From positions 1 to 29,826 of IMG/VR virus record IMGVR_UViG_3300037465_000496: a stretch of 29,826 nt of DNA; one strand, 5' to 3'. A program made the translations under genes and the position numbers. The notes beneath the pieces are model-generated. The model ran no database searches, was not told where the DNA came from, and worked only from the letters and a program-made list of their open reading frames with translations. Position 1 is the stretch's first letter; every line of letters starts with the position of its first letter. Origin of the DNA: a virus (taxonomy: Duplodnaviria; Caudoviricetes). Below are positions 1 to 8,577 of this stretch, in pieces.

Positions 1-1119
1 GACGACGATGCGGCGTGCGGCCCCGGCGTCGTTGCGCACCCGGGCGGAAAACTCGATGGTGATCCCGCCGACACCCCCGGCGACGATGGCTGGCAACGTG
101 AGCACCGGCGCCATGGCCAGGCCGAGCACCACGTCCAAGGTCCCGCGCGCCGTGACACTCGCCTCGTGCTGGCCCTGGATGTCGCGCACCAGGGTTCCGA
201 GGTTGGTGAGGGACTGCCACCGCACCGGCTCGTCGAACACCACCGTCGCGCCAGCACCGATCGCAAGGCCAGTGAACCCGGTGTAGCGCCCGGTCCCGCG
301 CAGTTGCATCGTACCCAGGACGTTGAGCCCGACGAACCCGTGCGCGCGGGTATCGCGCACGACGGACGAGGCGCCGGCCACCTGGATGATGCCGTTTCCG
401 AGCCCGACGCTCTGAAGCTGGCAGTCGTCCACCGTGATGTGGCCAACGGGGATGACACCCGTGGACTGGATGTTCACGCAGTTGAGGTTGCCGGCGATGC
501 CGATCACCTTGATGTTGCGGATCCGGCTGGTCGCGTTCGTCGTCGTCGCGCCAGGGAACAAGATCGTGGACCGCGAGCCCGGCGCCGAGTCGTCGTTGAT
601 CGTGAAATTCTCGAAGCTCATGCGCTCGGCCATCGTGAAGCCGGGCACGAAGCCGCCAGCGCCGGTGAGGTTGAGGATGCAGCGGTCCCGCTCCAAGCCG
701 ATCACGCTCACGTCATTCTTGAACGTGATGGCGCCGAGGCCCATCGCGTAGGTCCCCGGCAGCACGACGACGAGTTGGCCCGCGACCGCGGCGGCGACGG
801 CGGCGGCGATGGTGAGGAAGGGGCGGTCCAGGCGCCCGACGATCGCGGTGGCGTTGTTGCCCGTGGTGGAGACCCAGGCCACGTTCGTGGTGGAGACCGA
901 TGCCGTAGGGACCGGGGCCCACTTCACGCCGAGCACCTGTGCGGAATCCGCCGTCAGCACCTCGGTGTCGAGCCCTACGGGGAGCCGCTGCGGGTCGGAT
1001 GGCGCCTGCGCCACCAGGATGTCGCCCTTCACGAGGTACTTCAACAACTCGACGACCCGCCCCTGCCAGTTCGGGGCCCCGGACGAAGAGCCGCCGTGCG
1101 AGGACAGCGGAGCGCTCAT
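1..1119 (-). CDS. Tailspike / receptor-binding protein with pectin-lyase-like beta-helix (3' end beyond window edge, at least 373 aa)
   Basis: Not in the ORF track; translated by hand. ATG at 1119-1117 overlaps the upstream TGA (ATGA) and the frame is open to base 1. It has a fibre-type motif KGDILVAQAPSDPQRLPVGLDTEVLTADSAQVLGVKWA, then a beta-helix cap WVSTTGNNATAIVGRLDRPFLTIAAAVAAAVAGQLVVVLPGTY, then rung-like segments (SFENFTI, RIRNIKV, ITVDDCQL, VVRDTRA). Confidence 0.85.
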   Translation of the reverse strand, partial: MSAPLSSHGGSSSGAPNWQGRVVELLKYLVKGDILVAQAPSDPQRLPVGLDTEVLTADSAQVLGVKWAPVPTASVSTTNVAWVSTTGNNATAIVGRLDRPFLTIAAAVAAAVAGQLVVVLPGTYAMGLGAITFKNDVSVIGLERDRCILNLTGAGGFVPGFTMAERMSFENFTINDDSAPGSRSTILFPGATTTNATSRIRNIKVIGIAGNLNCVNIQSTGVIPVGHITVDDCQLQSVGLGNGIIQVAGASSVVRDTRAHGFVGLNVLGTMQLRGTGRYTGFTGLAIGAGATVVFDEPVRWQSLTNLGTLVRDIQGQHEASVTARGTLDVVLGLAMAPVLTLPAIVAGGVGGITIEFSARVRNDAGAARRIVV

Positions 1120-4100
1120 TGTCCCCGGCTCTCGGTCTTCTGGATGTAGGTCTGCTCGAACTGCTCGGCCACGCCGCGCTCCTGGAGCATCTTGTGGCGG
1201 GCTTCGGCCAGCCGCCGCAGGCGCAGTGCCTCGTTCATCTGCGGGTCCTCCTGGAGGACTCGCACGCCCGTGAGCGCGTCCATGACCCGCAGCCAGGTCG
1301 GCAACGGCTCGAAGTCCCGCCCGGTCCCAGGCGTGGCCAGGGCGGATACCGCGTAGAGGTTCGTGAGCGCGGCCGCATCCCGAAGCACGCGGGACCAGGG
1401 CAACGACGCGAAGGCCCAGTTGCCGGTGCCCTGGATGATCGGGTCCTCCCCGAAGGTGTGCGTGCGCGGGTCGATGTCCGAAACGACGGAGAGCCCGAAG
1501 GCGTCCGCCAGCGCCATGCGCAGCGGTTCGCCGACGACCGGGATCATCGCAGCAGACGCGATGGACTGCGCCACCAGCCGCCCGTTGGTGAGTTCCGAGA
1601 TCGGCCGATCGTAGAAGCTGTGGTGCCGGGTTCCCCACTCGACCGCAGCCCGAAGCAGGAAATGGACCTCGCCCAAGAGCCGCATCGCCCGCTTGCGACT
1701 CTCGTACTGCCGGAAGCCGAAGCCCAGATTCGCGGGGTCACCGAATCCCAGCACCAGCCCGATCTTCTCGATCCAGCTCTCCTGGGGCAACCCGAGGCCC
1801 ACGACGTAGCCGTGCTCGATGCCGGGGTAGGGCAGGCGCACCTGGCTCAGCCGGTGCGTCTCCTGGGTGCCGATTTCCCGCTTGCCGCCGGGCTCGTAGG
1901 TCACCGCCGCCCGCCCTGCCTCCTGGTCCTGCCACGCCTTGAGAGCGCGCGGGCCGCCTTCCAGGAACAGCCGATAGAAGCTGGAGAACTTGTAGGGGCT
2001 CTCCTGCGCGAGCCGCATCATCAGCTCGTTGTTCTTCGCGTTCCAGGTGAAGAACGGGAAGATCAGCCGCAGCACGCTCTTCTGGACCGCGTTCAGATCC
2101 CCGTAGTCGAAGAGAAACTTCTGGACGTGCTGCGACGCCACCTCGTAGGAACCGCCGCGCTTCACGTTCCCGATGAAGTTGGCGATGCGGGACTGGTTCT
2201 CCACCAGCCGCGCGAGTCCGGCGCCGTAGTTCTTCGGCAGAGCCACCGGGATGCCGCCGGTCATGAAGGCCGGCCAGGCGACGTAGAGGAAGTCCTCCGC
2301 CATCGACAGACCCTTGATGGTCTCCGCCACCGGACCCCGCGCGCCGGTCATGGCGTCGAGGATCCCGCGCTCTGCGGTGGTAATGTCGGTGAACTGCGTG
2401 AACGCCGGCGAGACCACGTTGTGGCGGCGCAGCAGGTCCAACGCCTCGTCCGGGGTGTGCACGAACCCATCCCCGAGGTCCACGCCCTGCTTGAGCCAGC
2501 GGGGCATCGGGGAGGCAGCCCACGCGGCGCGGGCTGCGGCGTGCTTGGTGATGGCGAGGTCGCGCTGCACAGCGCCCATGCCCGCCGTCGCAAGGTCGTC
2601 CAGTCCCTTGGACAGCACCTCGCCCGCACGCTCCAGCGAGCCGTACTCCTCCGCCCAGATCGCCGCCTGGGAGAGGATGGACGCCTTCCAGTTCGTGTCC
2701 GGGTTCAGCGCCCCGCCGGCGCCCAGGTCCAGGATGTTCGACACCGAGTTGGAGATCGCGTTGCGGGTGGAGAACGGGATCGCCACCACGGTCATGCGGG
2801 TCTTCCAGAAGGTGTTGAGCCAGCGGAGGGCATCCCGGCCCATTCCGATCAGCCCACCGATCTTCTCGAAGCCCGACACCCCCAGCACGTCCTCCATCGA
2901 CTGCGCGATCACGCGCGGGACGTACAGGCGCCACGCCTCGGTGTCCTCCGCCGCCCCGAAGTAGGCCTGGAGCATCCGCCCGTTGACCTTCCCGGTCACT
3001 CCCAGCCCAACCGCCTGGACATTGAGCATCTTCGCCGCCTGGTCCCAGGCACCATCCCCGAACTTCGGGACCAACACGCGCACCAGCTCTCGCGGGTCCG
3101 CCAGCTCCTGCCCGCGGAGGAACTGCGCCGCGCGCAGGTCCAGGTAGAACTGCTCGGTGCTGCGCAGGGTCCCCAGCTCGGGGATCTCCTTCGTCCAGTT
3201 GGCGAACAGCAGCTCGCCCTCCTCCGCCCCGCGGAGCATCCCGGCCACCTGATCCCGGCTCAGCCCCAGGCCCTCGACGAACGCGCGCTCCCAGTCCGCC
3301 CGACTGCCCCCGTAGACGACCTCCTCCTCCAGCCCGCGGAACCGGCGGGAGAACAGCGGCACCAGATCGTCCCGGGCCGCAACCTCGACCGCGGACAGGA
3401 TCCGTCCGTCGCTGGCGATCTCGCTAGCCACCGGGCGGAAGACCCCGCCCTTGGTCAGCATCAGGAACAGCTCCTTCGCGCCGATCGCCCGGTTGGCCTG
3501 GAGGTAGCGCCCCAGCACCGCCATCGGGTCCAGCGACAGCACCATCGCCGAGTTGTTCCGCATCCCGTTGATCTCGGCGATGGTCCCCTCGACCAGCCGG
3601 CGCTTGCTGGCGTCCATGTCCAGCGACAGCACGCGCTCCAGGCCGGTGCCCGTGCGCGCCGCCTTGCCCCCTCGGGCAGCCCGCGCCATCTCGGCGGCCT
3701 TGCCCACGCTCTCCAAGACCCCACCGCGGGCCAGCAGCGACCGCTCCGTCTCCAGGTGCGGCACGTACGAGACCACGCCCCACATGCGCAGCATCTCTTC
3801 GGGGCGCTTGGCGAACTCGAAGCCGAACTTCTCGTACAGATCCTCGTAGCGAGTCACGATTTCGCGCAGGTCTTCGGCGGCCGCGGCCAACTCCGGGGGC
3901 ATCTGGCCGAACCGCTGCCCCATGACCGAGGGGTACAACTCCGCGATGGGCCCGATCTTCTCGGGCGGGAGCACCTGCGGCAGCTCTTCCAGGGCCGCGA
4001 AGCTCACCAGCAGCCGGTCCCGCTCGGAGAGACCCTTGGTAATCTCGCCGAAGCGGACCGCCAACTCGGACTCGAAGTCGGACAACCGGCGCCAGTCGTC

Positions 4101-7100
4101 GGGGTTCTCCGGGTCGGCGTCGGGAACCTTCGGGAGCATCGGCCTGGCCCGGCGCCGGACCTCGACCAACTCTTCCAGTCGGCCCTCCATCTTGGCCACG
4201 TCCTCGTACTGGCGGGCGACGGCGGCCTCTCGCCCAGCCGCCTCAGCACCCAAGTGCTTCGCCTGACTCCGCGCGATCTTCTGGAGCACGCTGCGGGCGG
4301 CCACCAGCGCGTCCTGGCTGCGCCCGTGCACGCGCAACTCCATCGCCAGCACCGTGGTGTACCGGTCCACCAGCATGTCCAATATGGCATCGGGCCGCGG
4401 CGACGCCGGAGGCGGGGTCGCGCCGGGTGGGCGCAGGTGCGGGACCTCGTCCGCGGCACGAACACCGAGGATGTTGCGCACCGCGCCATCGAGCAGCGCC
4501 TTCGCCTCGTCCGCGGTCTTCGCCGTGTAGATCGCCTCGCGCAACCTCGCGTCCTGGAACACCGCCTTGGTGAGCTCCAGGCCCTCCAGGCCGGTCTCGA
4601 TCTTCTGGATGCGTTCGGCCTCCAGTCCTGCGACGAACCGCTCCTTCGCCAGTTCGCCGCCCACGTCCTCGATCCGGGTCCGTTTCACGGTGCGCCACGC
4701 CTTGCCGGCCTGCCCGGCGGTCTTCTCGACCACGCGCTCGACCTCCTCCTCGAAGAGCCCGAGGCCCTTCTCGGTGAGCTTCCAGAGCGGCGGCGTTCCG
4801 CCGGGGATCTGCTCGATGTAGCCGCCCTCGTGCAGCCGGGTCATCGCCTGCATCAGCTTCCCGCGATCGTCCTTGGCCAGCCCCAGGCCCTCGTAGAGCT
4901 TCGGCACGTCGCTGCTCGCCTTGTCCAGGGCTTCCATGACCCTGCGGTCCAACTCGCCGGCCACCCCGACTGTGCGCCGGACCTGCTGCTGGGTGGTCAC
5001 GATCTTGTAGGCGTCCTTGGCCAGCGCCACCAGGGGCTCCTCACCCTCGCCCGGCGCGATCTCCATGCTCAGGATCTCGCGGCCCGCCTTGGTGTTCAGA
5101 TCCCGGATCGACTTCTGGATCTGCTTCTCGGAGCGGCCCAGCCGGGCGGACAACTCGGTCAGCGACACCGACGCCTGGTCGGTGCGAATCGAGTCGATGA
5201 TGTCCTCCTGCGCGTCGGACAGGAGCTTCTGCACGTCGTCGTTGATCCACCATTCCTTGACCGGGACCTCCTCGACCACCTCCTCCGGCTTGCGCAGCAC
5301 CCGCTTGCCCGGGCGGCGGACCACCTTGGGGATGTTCCCGGGGGCGAGCACCTTGGAAACCTTGATCGTGACCTCGCCGGGGACCGAGCCCAGCATCTCG
5401 TCAGCCTTGTAGAGCATGTCGTGCAGATGCTGCGCCCGGCGCCAGTCTGCCGCGGCCCGCTTCCAGCGCGCGAGCGTGACGTGGTGCATCCCTTCTGTCG
5501 GCTCTCCCGCGCGCATCCACTTGCGGAAGTCCATCCACGCCGCCTCGCCCACCGTGGCCTTCGCGGCGGTCATGCGCTCCCACAGCAGGCTCTCCATCAG
5601 CGCTTCGAAGGCGGCCCCGGTCATGCCGTGGGAGAGCACCTGACCGTTGATGGTGACGGCTCGCCCCCCGATCCCCTCACGGAAGACCTCCTCCGCGGCT
5701 GCCCGCTGGCTCTTGAGGCGGCCCAGGTAGTCCCGGATCGCCTCGTCCAGGGCCGCGGTCGGGGGCAACCCCGTGGACGGAGCCTTGCCGCCGGCGGCCG
5801 CGGCGCGCAGCGTGTCGCTGGCCTGGAGGATCTTCTCCACCTCGGGCACCGATGCGAGCTGGAGCAGCGCCTTGGCCACGTTCCGGTTCCCGACGTGGAG
5901 CGCGGCGGTCTTGAGGATGTCGTCCACCACCTGCTCGTCGCCGCCGACCGCCTCCAGGAGCACACGGCGCACGTGCGCGTACTGGACCTGCTCGACCGGC
6001 TGGTGCGAGAGCCGGGCCCGAGTCAGTTCCAGGGCGCGAACGATGTCGCCCATCCCGATCCTGGCGATGCCGCGCTCCAGGGCGTCGATCCTGGCGAGGA
6101 CTTCGCTCGCGGCTCGCTGCACGTTGGCCACTTCGCCGTCGATCCGCAGGCGTTCGGCGGAGACCGACTCCTCGATGCCCTGCATCTCGCGGACCGCCTG
6201 CCTCCAGGCGGCCTCGTCCCCGCGCGCGTGGCGCGCGAGGTTCGCCACCGCGTTCGCCACCACCGAGTAGTCCTGGCCGAACTCCCGGCGGATCTCCTCG
6301 ACCATCTCCTGGACCTGCCGGAAGTGGGGCAGCAACTCCGGCCGGACCTGGGCGATGCCGGCCCCCTGCTCGACCAGGGCCCCGACCTCGGTGAGCACCG
6401 ATTCCACGGTGTAGTCGTCGGAGGCCCAGCGCAGCAGTTCCTCCTCGGAGACCTTCCGGCCCAACGCCTCGGCCGCCTTGATGGGCCCCATCCGGGCCAG
6501 CCGGCGGCGGAGCGAGTGCGCGGCCTTGGCGGACTTCACGAGACGCTGCACGTCCGTGGTGAGCTTCCCCTCCAACTCGTTGGCGCGCGCGAAGAACCTG
6601 GAGAGCGCGCCCTGGTAGCGCTCCCAGGTCTCGGGGTCGGCCTTGCGCACCTGGAACCAGCGCCCCGCCAGCGGCACACGCCCGAAGGTGGCGCCCCGGG
6701 TCCCGAACTGGGCGGCGGTGATCTCCGCCATCATCGGCTGGATGAACCGGGACCCGAAGGTCTGGGCCAACAGCGTCCAGGCCAGGCGCGGGACGTTCGC
6801 CGCCTGCTGCCCCACCACCTGGGCGGTGAGCGCCATGCGCTGGCCCTGGCTCAGCGCCGCCATCGCGGCCACCTCGGTCTGCCCGGCCGCGACCGCGGCG
6901 GAGATGGTCTCCTGGATCTTGTCGATCTGGTAGGGCTCCGCCGCACGCTTGAAGTCGTCCACCGCCCGCAGCAGCGGCGTCGGCATCGCGTCGTTGACGA
7001 CCTTGGAGACCCACTCCGCGGTCCCCGGCTTGAAGACGTGCCGGACCTGGGAACCGAAGGGCACGTGCCACGCGAGCGTCCCGGACGAGACCACGCCCTT

Positions 7101-8534
7101 CTTCCCGGCCTGGGCCAGCCGGAGCCCGGTGCGCAGGGTCTCGGCGTCGTTGGTCCAGGCCTTGGCGGCGGCGGCCTGCCGCTTCGCGTACCCGGTGAGG
7201 AAGTCCACCGCGGCCTTCGGGTCGGCCTTCAACTTCTCGGCCTCGTCCGCGAGCCGGCCCATGTTCTGCGCGTAGCGCCCGGCGGCGGCGTCCTTCCCGG
7301 CAGCCTTGGCGGATTCCGCGAGCCGCGCCAGTTCGCGCTGCTGCTGGGTCAGCGCCAGGGTCGCGCGATGGACCGCGTCCTGCCCACCCGCCTTGGCCGC
7401 CTGCCCGGCCAGTTCGGCCTCCAGCGCCGCCTTCTTGCCCATCTCCTCGGCGGCGGTGGCCCCCTCCTGGAGCGCCCGGCGGGCCTCCAGCGCCTTCTCC
7501 GCGTCGGAAAGCACACCCTCGACGGCGGAGGCCACCGTGCGCAGCGCATCCCCGGCGCCGGCCACCTCGTCCGGGGCCAGGCGCTCCAGGGCGCCAGCGG
7601 CGCGCACCAACGGTTCGGCCACGTGGTAGGCCTCGCCTCCGACGTGCGCGAGCTGAGCCCCCTTCGCGGGACCCAACAGGAGCAGCGGGTCCAGCACCAT
7701 CTCCAGGGACGCGCCCCACAACTCGCGGCCGATGTCGCTCGACAGCACGTCCATCTGGGCGCGCAGCGCGGGGTTCGGCGTGGAGGCTGCGATCCTGGCG
7801 GCTTCCGACTTCGGGATCGCGGCATCGAGCAGGTACGTCCCGCGCACGGTGGGCGCCCTGGTCCCCTCCGCGATCATCCAGGGGCGTTTGTAGGCCTCCG
7901 CGCGCTCGGCCACCTGCCCGGTCGCCAGCGATTCGTAGAGCCGCTGGCCGACCTGATCGTACAGTTCCGCATAGTCGCCGCCCTCGCCACTCACCAAAGC
8001 CGGGAGCACGCCCGGCGCGGCGATAGCGCCGAGCATCGTGGCCTTGCCGGCGAGCCACTGGGCGGCCTCGCCCACCTCCCCGGTCAGGTCGTCCCCGGGA
8101 TCGGGGAGCGCCCGACTGGCCTCGGCGACAGTGAGCCACGCAGCGCGCCGCGGAGCGTCGAACGCCTCGAAGCCGAGGAAGACGGACTCGTACCACGCCG
8201 GCTCCAGCGCCTCGACCTGCTCCTGGACCGAGGGGATGTCCGCCGCCGGGAGCATCATCCTCGCGGCCGCGGTCTCGATCTCCGGCTTGAGCGCCACGTC
8301 CGCCGCCATCGCCCTGGCGCCGGTGTCGCGCCCGTAGACCTGCTGGACCTCCTGCTTCGGCGGTGGCGTGAGCAGGCCGATCGGGGATTCCCCGCTCGGG
8401 GCCGGAGGCGCGACCAGATCCATCGGGACCGCCTGCGGCGGCAGCTTCGACGGGTTGGGAGTCAGCTTGCCGGGGGCAGCGGAGGGCGCCAGCAGCGCGG
8501 CCGCGGTCTTCTCGATGTCGGCGGAGGTGGGCAC
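1116..8534 (-). CDS. Giant internal virion / DNA ejection protein (2472 aa) with an embedded tandem winged-helix module
   Basis: GTG start with GGGAG RBS; last and largest of three helical genes after the tail genes. N-terminal FDAPRRA and MVLDPLLLLG motifs and a C-terminal block (NTFWK...RNAISN; LFDYGDLNAVQKSVLRLIFPFFTWNAKN) resemble large phage internal virion proteins as I recall them. Confidence 0.75.
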   Translation of the reverse strand: MPTSADIEKTAAALLAPSAAPGKLTPNPSKLPPQAVPMDLVAPPAPSGESPIGLLTPPPKQEVQQVYGRDTGARAMAADVALKPEIETAAARMMLPAADIPSVQEQVEALEPAWYESVFLGFEAFDAPRRAAWLTVAEASRALPDPGDDLTGEVGEAAQWLAGKATMLGAIAAPGVLPALVSGEGGDYAELYDQVGQRLYESLATGQVAERAEAYKRPWMIAEGTRAPTVRGTYLLDAAIPKSEAARIAASTPNPALRAQMDVLSSDIGRELWGASLEMVLDPLLLLGPAKGAQLAHVGGEAYHVAEPLVRAAGALERLAPDEVAGAGDALRTVASAVEGVLSDAEKALEARRALQEGATAAEEMGKKAALEAELAGQAAKAGGQDAVHRATLALTQQQRELARLAESAKAAGKDAAAGRYAQNMGRLADEAEKLKADPKAAVDFLTGYAKRQAAAAKAWTNDAETLRTGLRLAQAGKKGVVSSGTLAWHVPFGSQVRHVFKPGTAEWVSKVVNDAMPTPLLRAVDDFKRAAEPYQIDKIQETISAAVAAGQTEVAAMAALSQGQRMALTAQVVGQQAANVPRLAWTLLAQTFGSRFIQPMMAEITAAQFGTRGATFGRVPLAGRWFQVRKADPETWERYQGALSRFFARANELEGKLTTDVQRLVKSAKAAHSLRRRLARMGPIKAAEALGRKVSEEELLRWASDDYTVESVLTEVGALVEQGAGIAQVRPELLPHFRQVQEMVEEIRREFGQDYSVVANAVANLARHARGDEAAWRQAVREMQGIEESVSAERLRIDGEVANVQRAASEVLARIDALERGIARIGMGDIVRALELTRARLSHQPVEQVQYAHVRRVLLEAVGGDEQVVDDILKTAALHVGNRNVAKALLQLASVPEVEKILQASDTLRAAAAGGKAPSTGLPPTAALDEAIRDYLGRLKSQRAAAEEVFREGIGGRAVTINGQVLSHGMTGAAFEALMESLLWERMTAAKATVGEAAWMDFRKWMRAGEPTEGMHHVTLARWKRAAADWRRAQHLHDMLYKADEMLGSVPGEVTIKVSKVLAPGNIPKVVRRPGKRVLRKPEEVVEEVPVKEWWINDDVQKLLSDAQEDIIDSIRTDQASVSLTELSARLGRSEKQIQKSIRDLNTKAGREILSMEIAPGEGEEPLVALAKDAYKIVTTQQQVRRTVGVAGELDRRVMEALDKASSDVPKLYEGLGLAKDDRGKLMQAMTRLHEGGYIEQIPGGTPPLWKLTEKGLGLFEEEVERVVEKTAGQAGKAWRTVKRTRIEDVGGELAKERFVAGLEAERIQKIETGLEGLELTKAVFQDARLREAIYTAKTADEAKALLDGAVRNILGVRAADEVPHLRPPGATPPPASPRPDAILDMLVDRYTTVLAMELRVHGRSQDALVAARSVLQKIARSQAKHLGAEAAGREAAVARQYEDVAKMEGRLEELVEVRRRARPMLPKVPDADPENPDDWRRLSDFESELAVRFGEITKGLSERDRLLVSFAALEELPQVLPPEKIGPIAELYPSVMGQRFGQMPPELAAAAEDLREIVTRYEDLYEKFGFEFAKRPEEMLRMWGVVSYVPHLETERSLLARGGVLESVGKAAEMARAARGGKAARTGTGLERVLSLDMDASKRRLVEGTIAEINGMRNNSAMVLSLDPMAVLGRYLQANRAIGAKELFLMLTKGGVFRPVASEIASDGRILSAVEVAARDDLVPLFSRRFRGLEEEVVYGGSRADWERAFVEGLGLSRDQVAGMLRGAEEGELLFANWTKEIPELGTLRSTEQFYLDLRAAQFLRGQELADPRELVRVLVPKFGDGAWDQAAKMLNVQAVGLGVTGKVNGRMLQAYFGAAEDTEAWRLYVPRVIAQSMEDVLGVSGFEKIGGLIGMGRDALRWLNTFWKTRMTVVAIPFSTRNAISNSVSNILDLGAGGALNPDTNWKASILSQAAIWAEEYGSLERAGEVLSKGLDDLATAGMGAVQRDLAITKHAAARAAWAASPMPRWLKQGVDLGDGFVHTPDEALDLLRRHNVVSPAFTQFTDITTAERGILDAMTGARGPVAETIKGLSMAEDFLYVAWPAFMTGGIPVALPKNYGAGLARLVENQSRIANFIGNVKRGGSYEVASQHVQKFLFDYGDLNAVQKSVLRLIFPFFTWNAKNNELMMRLAQESPYKFSSFYRLFLEGGPRALKAWQDQEAGRAAVTYEPGGKREIGTQETHRLSQVRLPYPGIEHGYVVGLGLPQESWIEKIGLVLGFGDPANLGFGFRQYESRKRAMRLLGEVHFLLRAAVEWGTRHHSFYDRPISELTNGRLVAQSIASAAMIPVVGEPLRMALADAFGLSVVSDIDPRTHTFGEDPIIQGTGNWAFASLPWSRVLRDAAALTNLYAVSALATPGTGRDFEPLPTWLRVMDALTGVRVLQEDPQMNEALRLRRLAEARHKMLQERGVAEQFEQTYIQKTESRGQ

Positions 8535-8577
8535 ACCCTACTCCCTGGTTCCTGCGGGAGCGTAAAGGGTAGCCCGA

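Noticed and set aside
3528-3632. 15-bp direct repeat GTCCAGCGACAGCAC 90 bp apart
   Set aside because: Encodes VLSLD twice within a gene; only two copies, so not a CRISPR array or att site.
1116-8534. Giant gene as a tape-measure protein or virion RNA polymerase
   Set aside because: No tail tube or chaperone genes nearby, no tape-measure repeats, and no RNA polymerase catalytic motif recognised.
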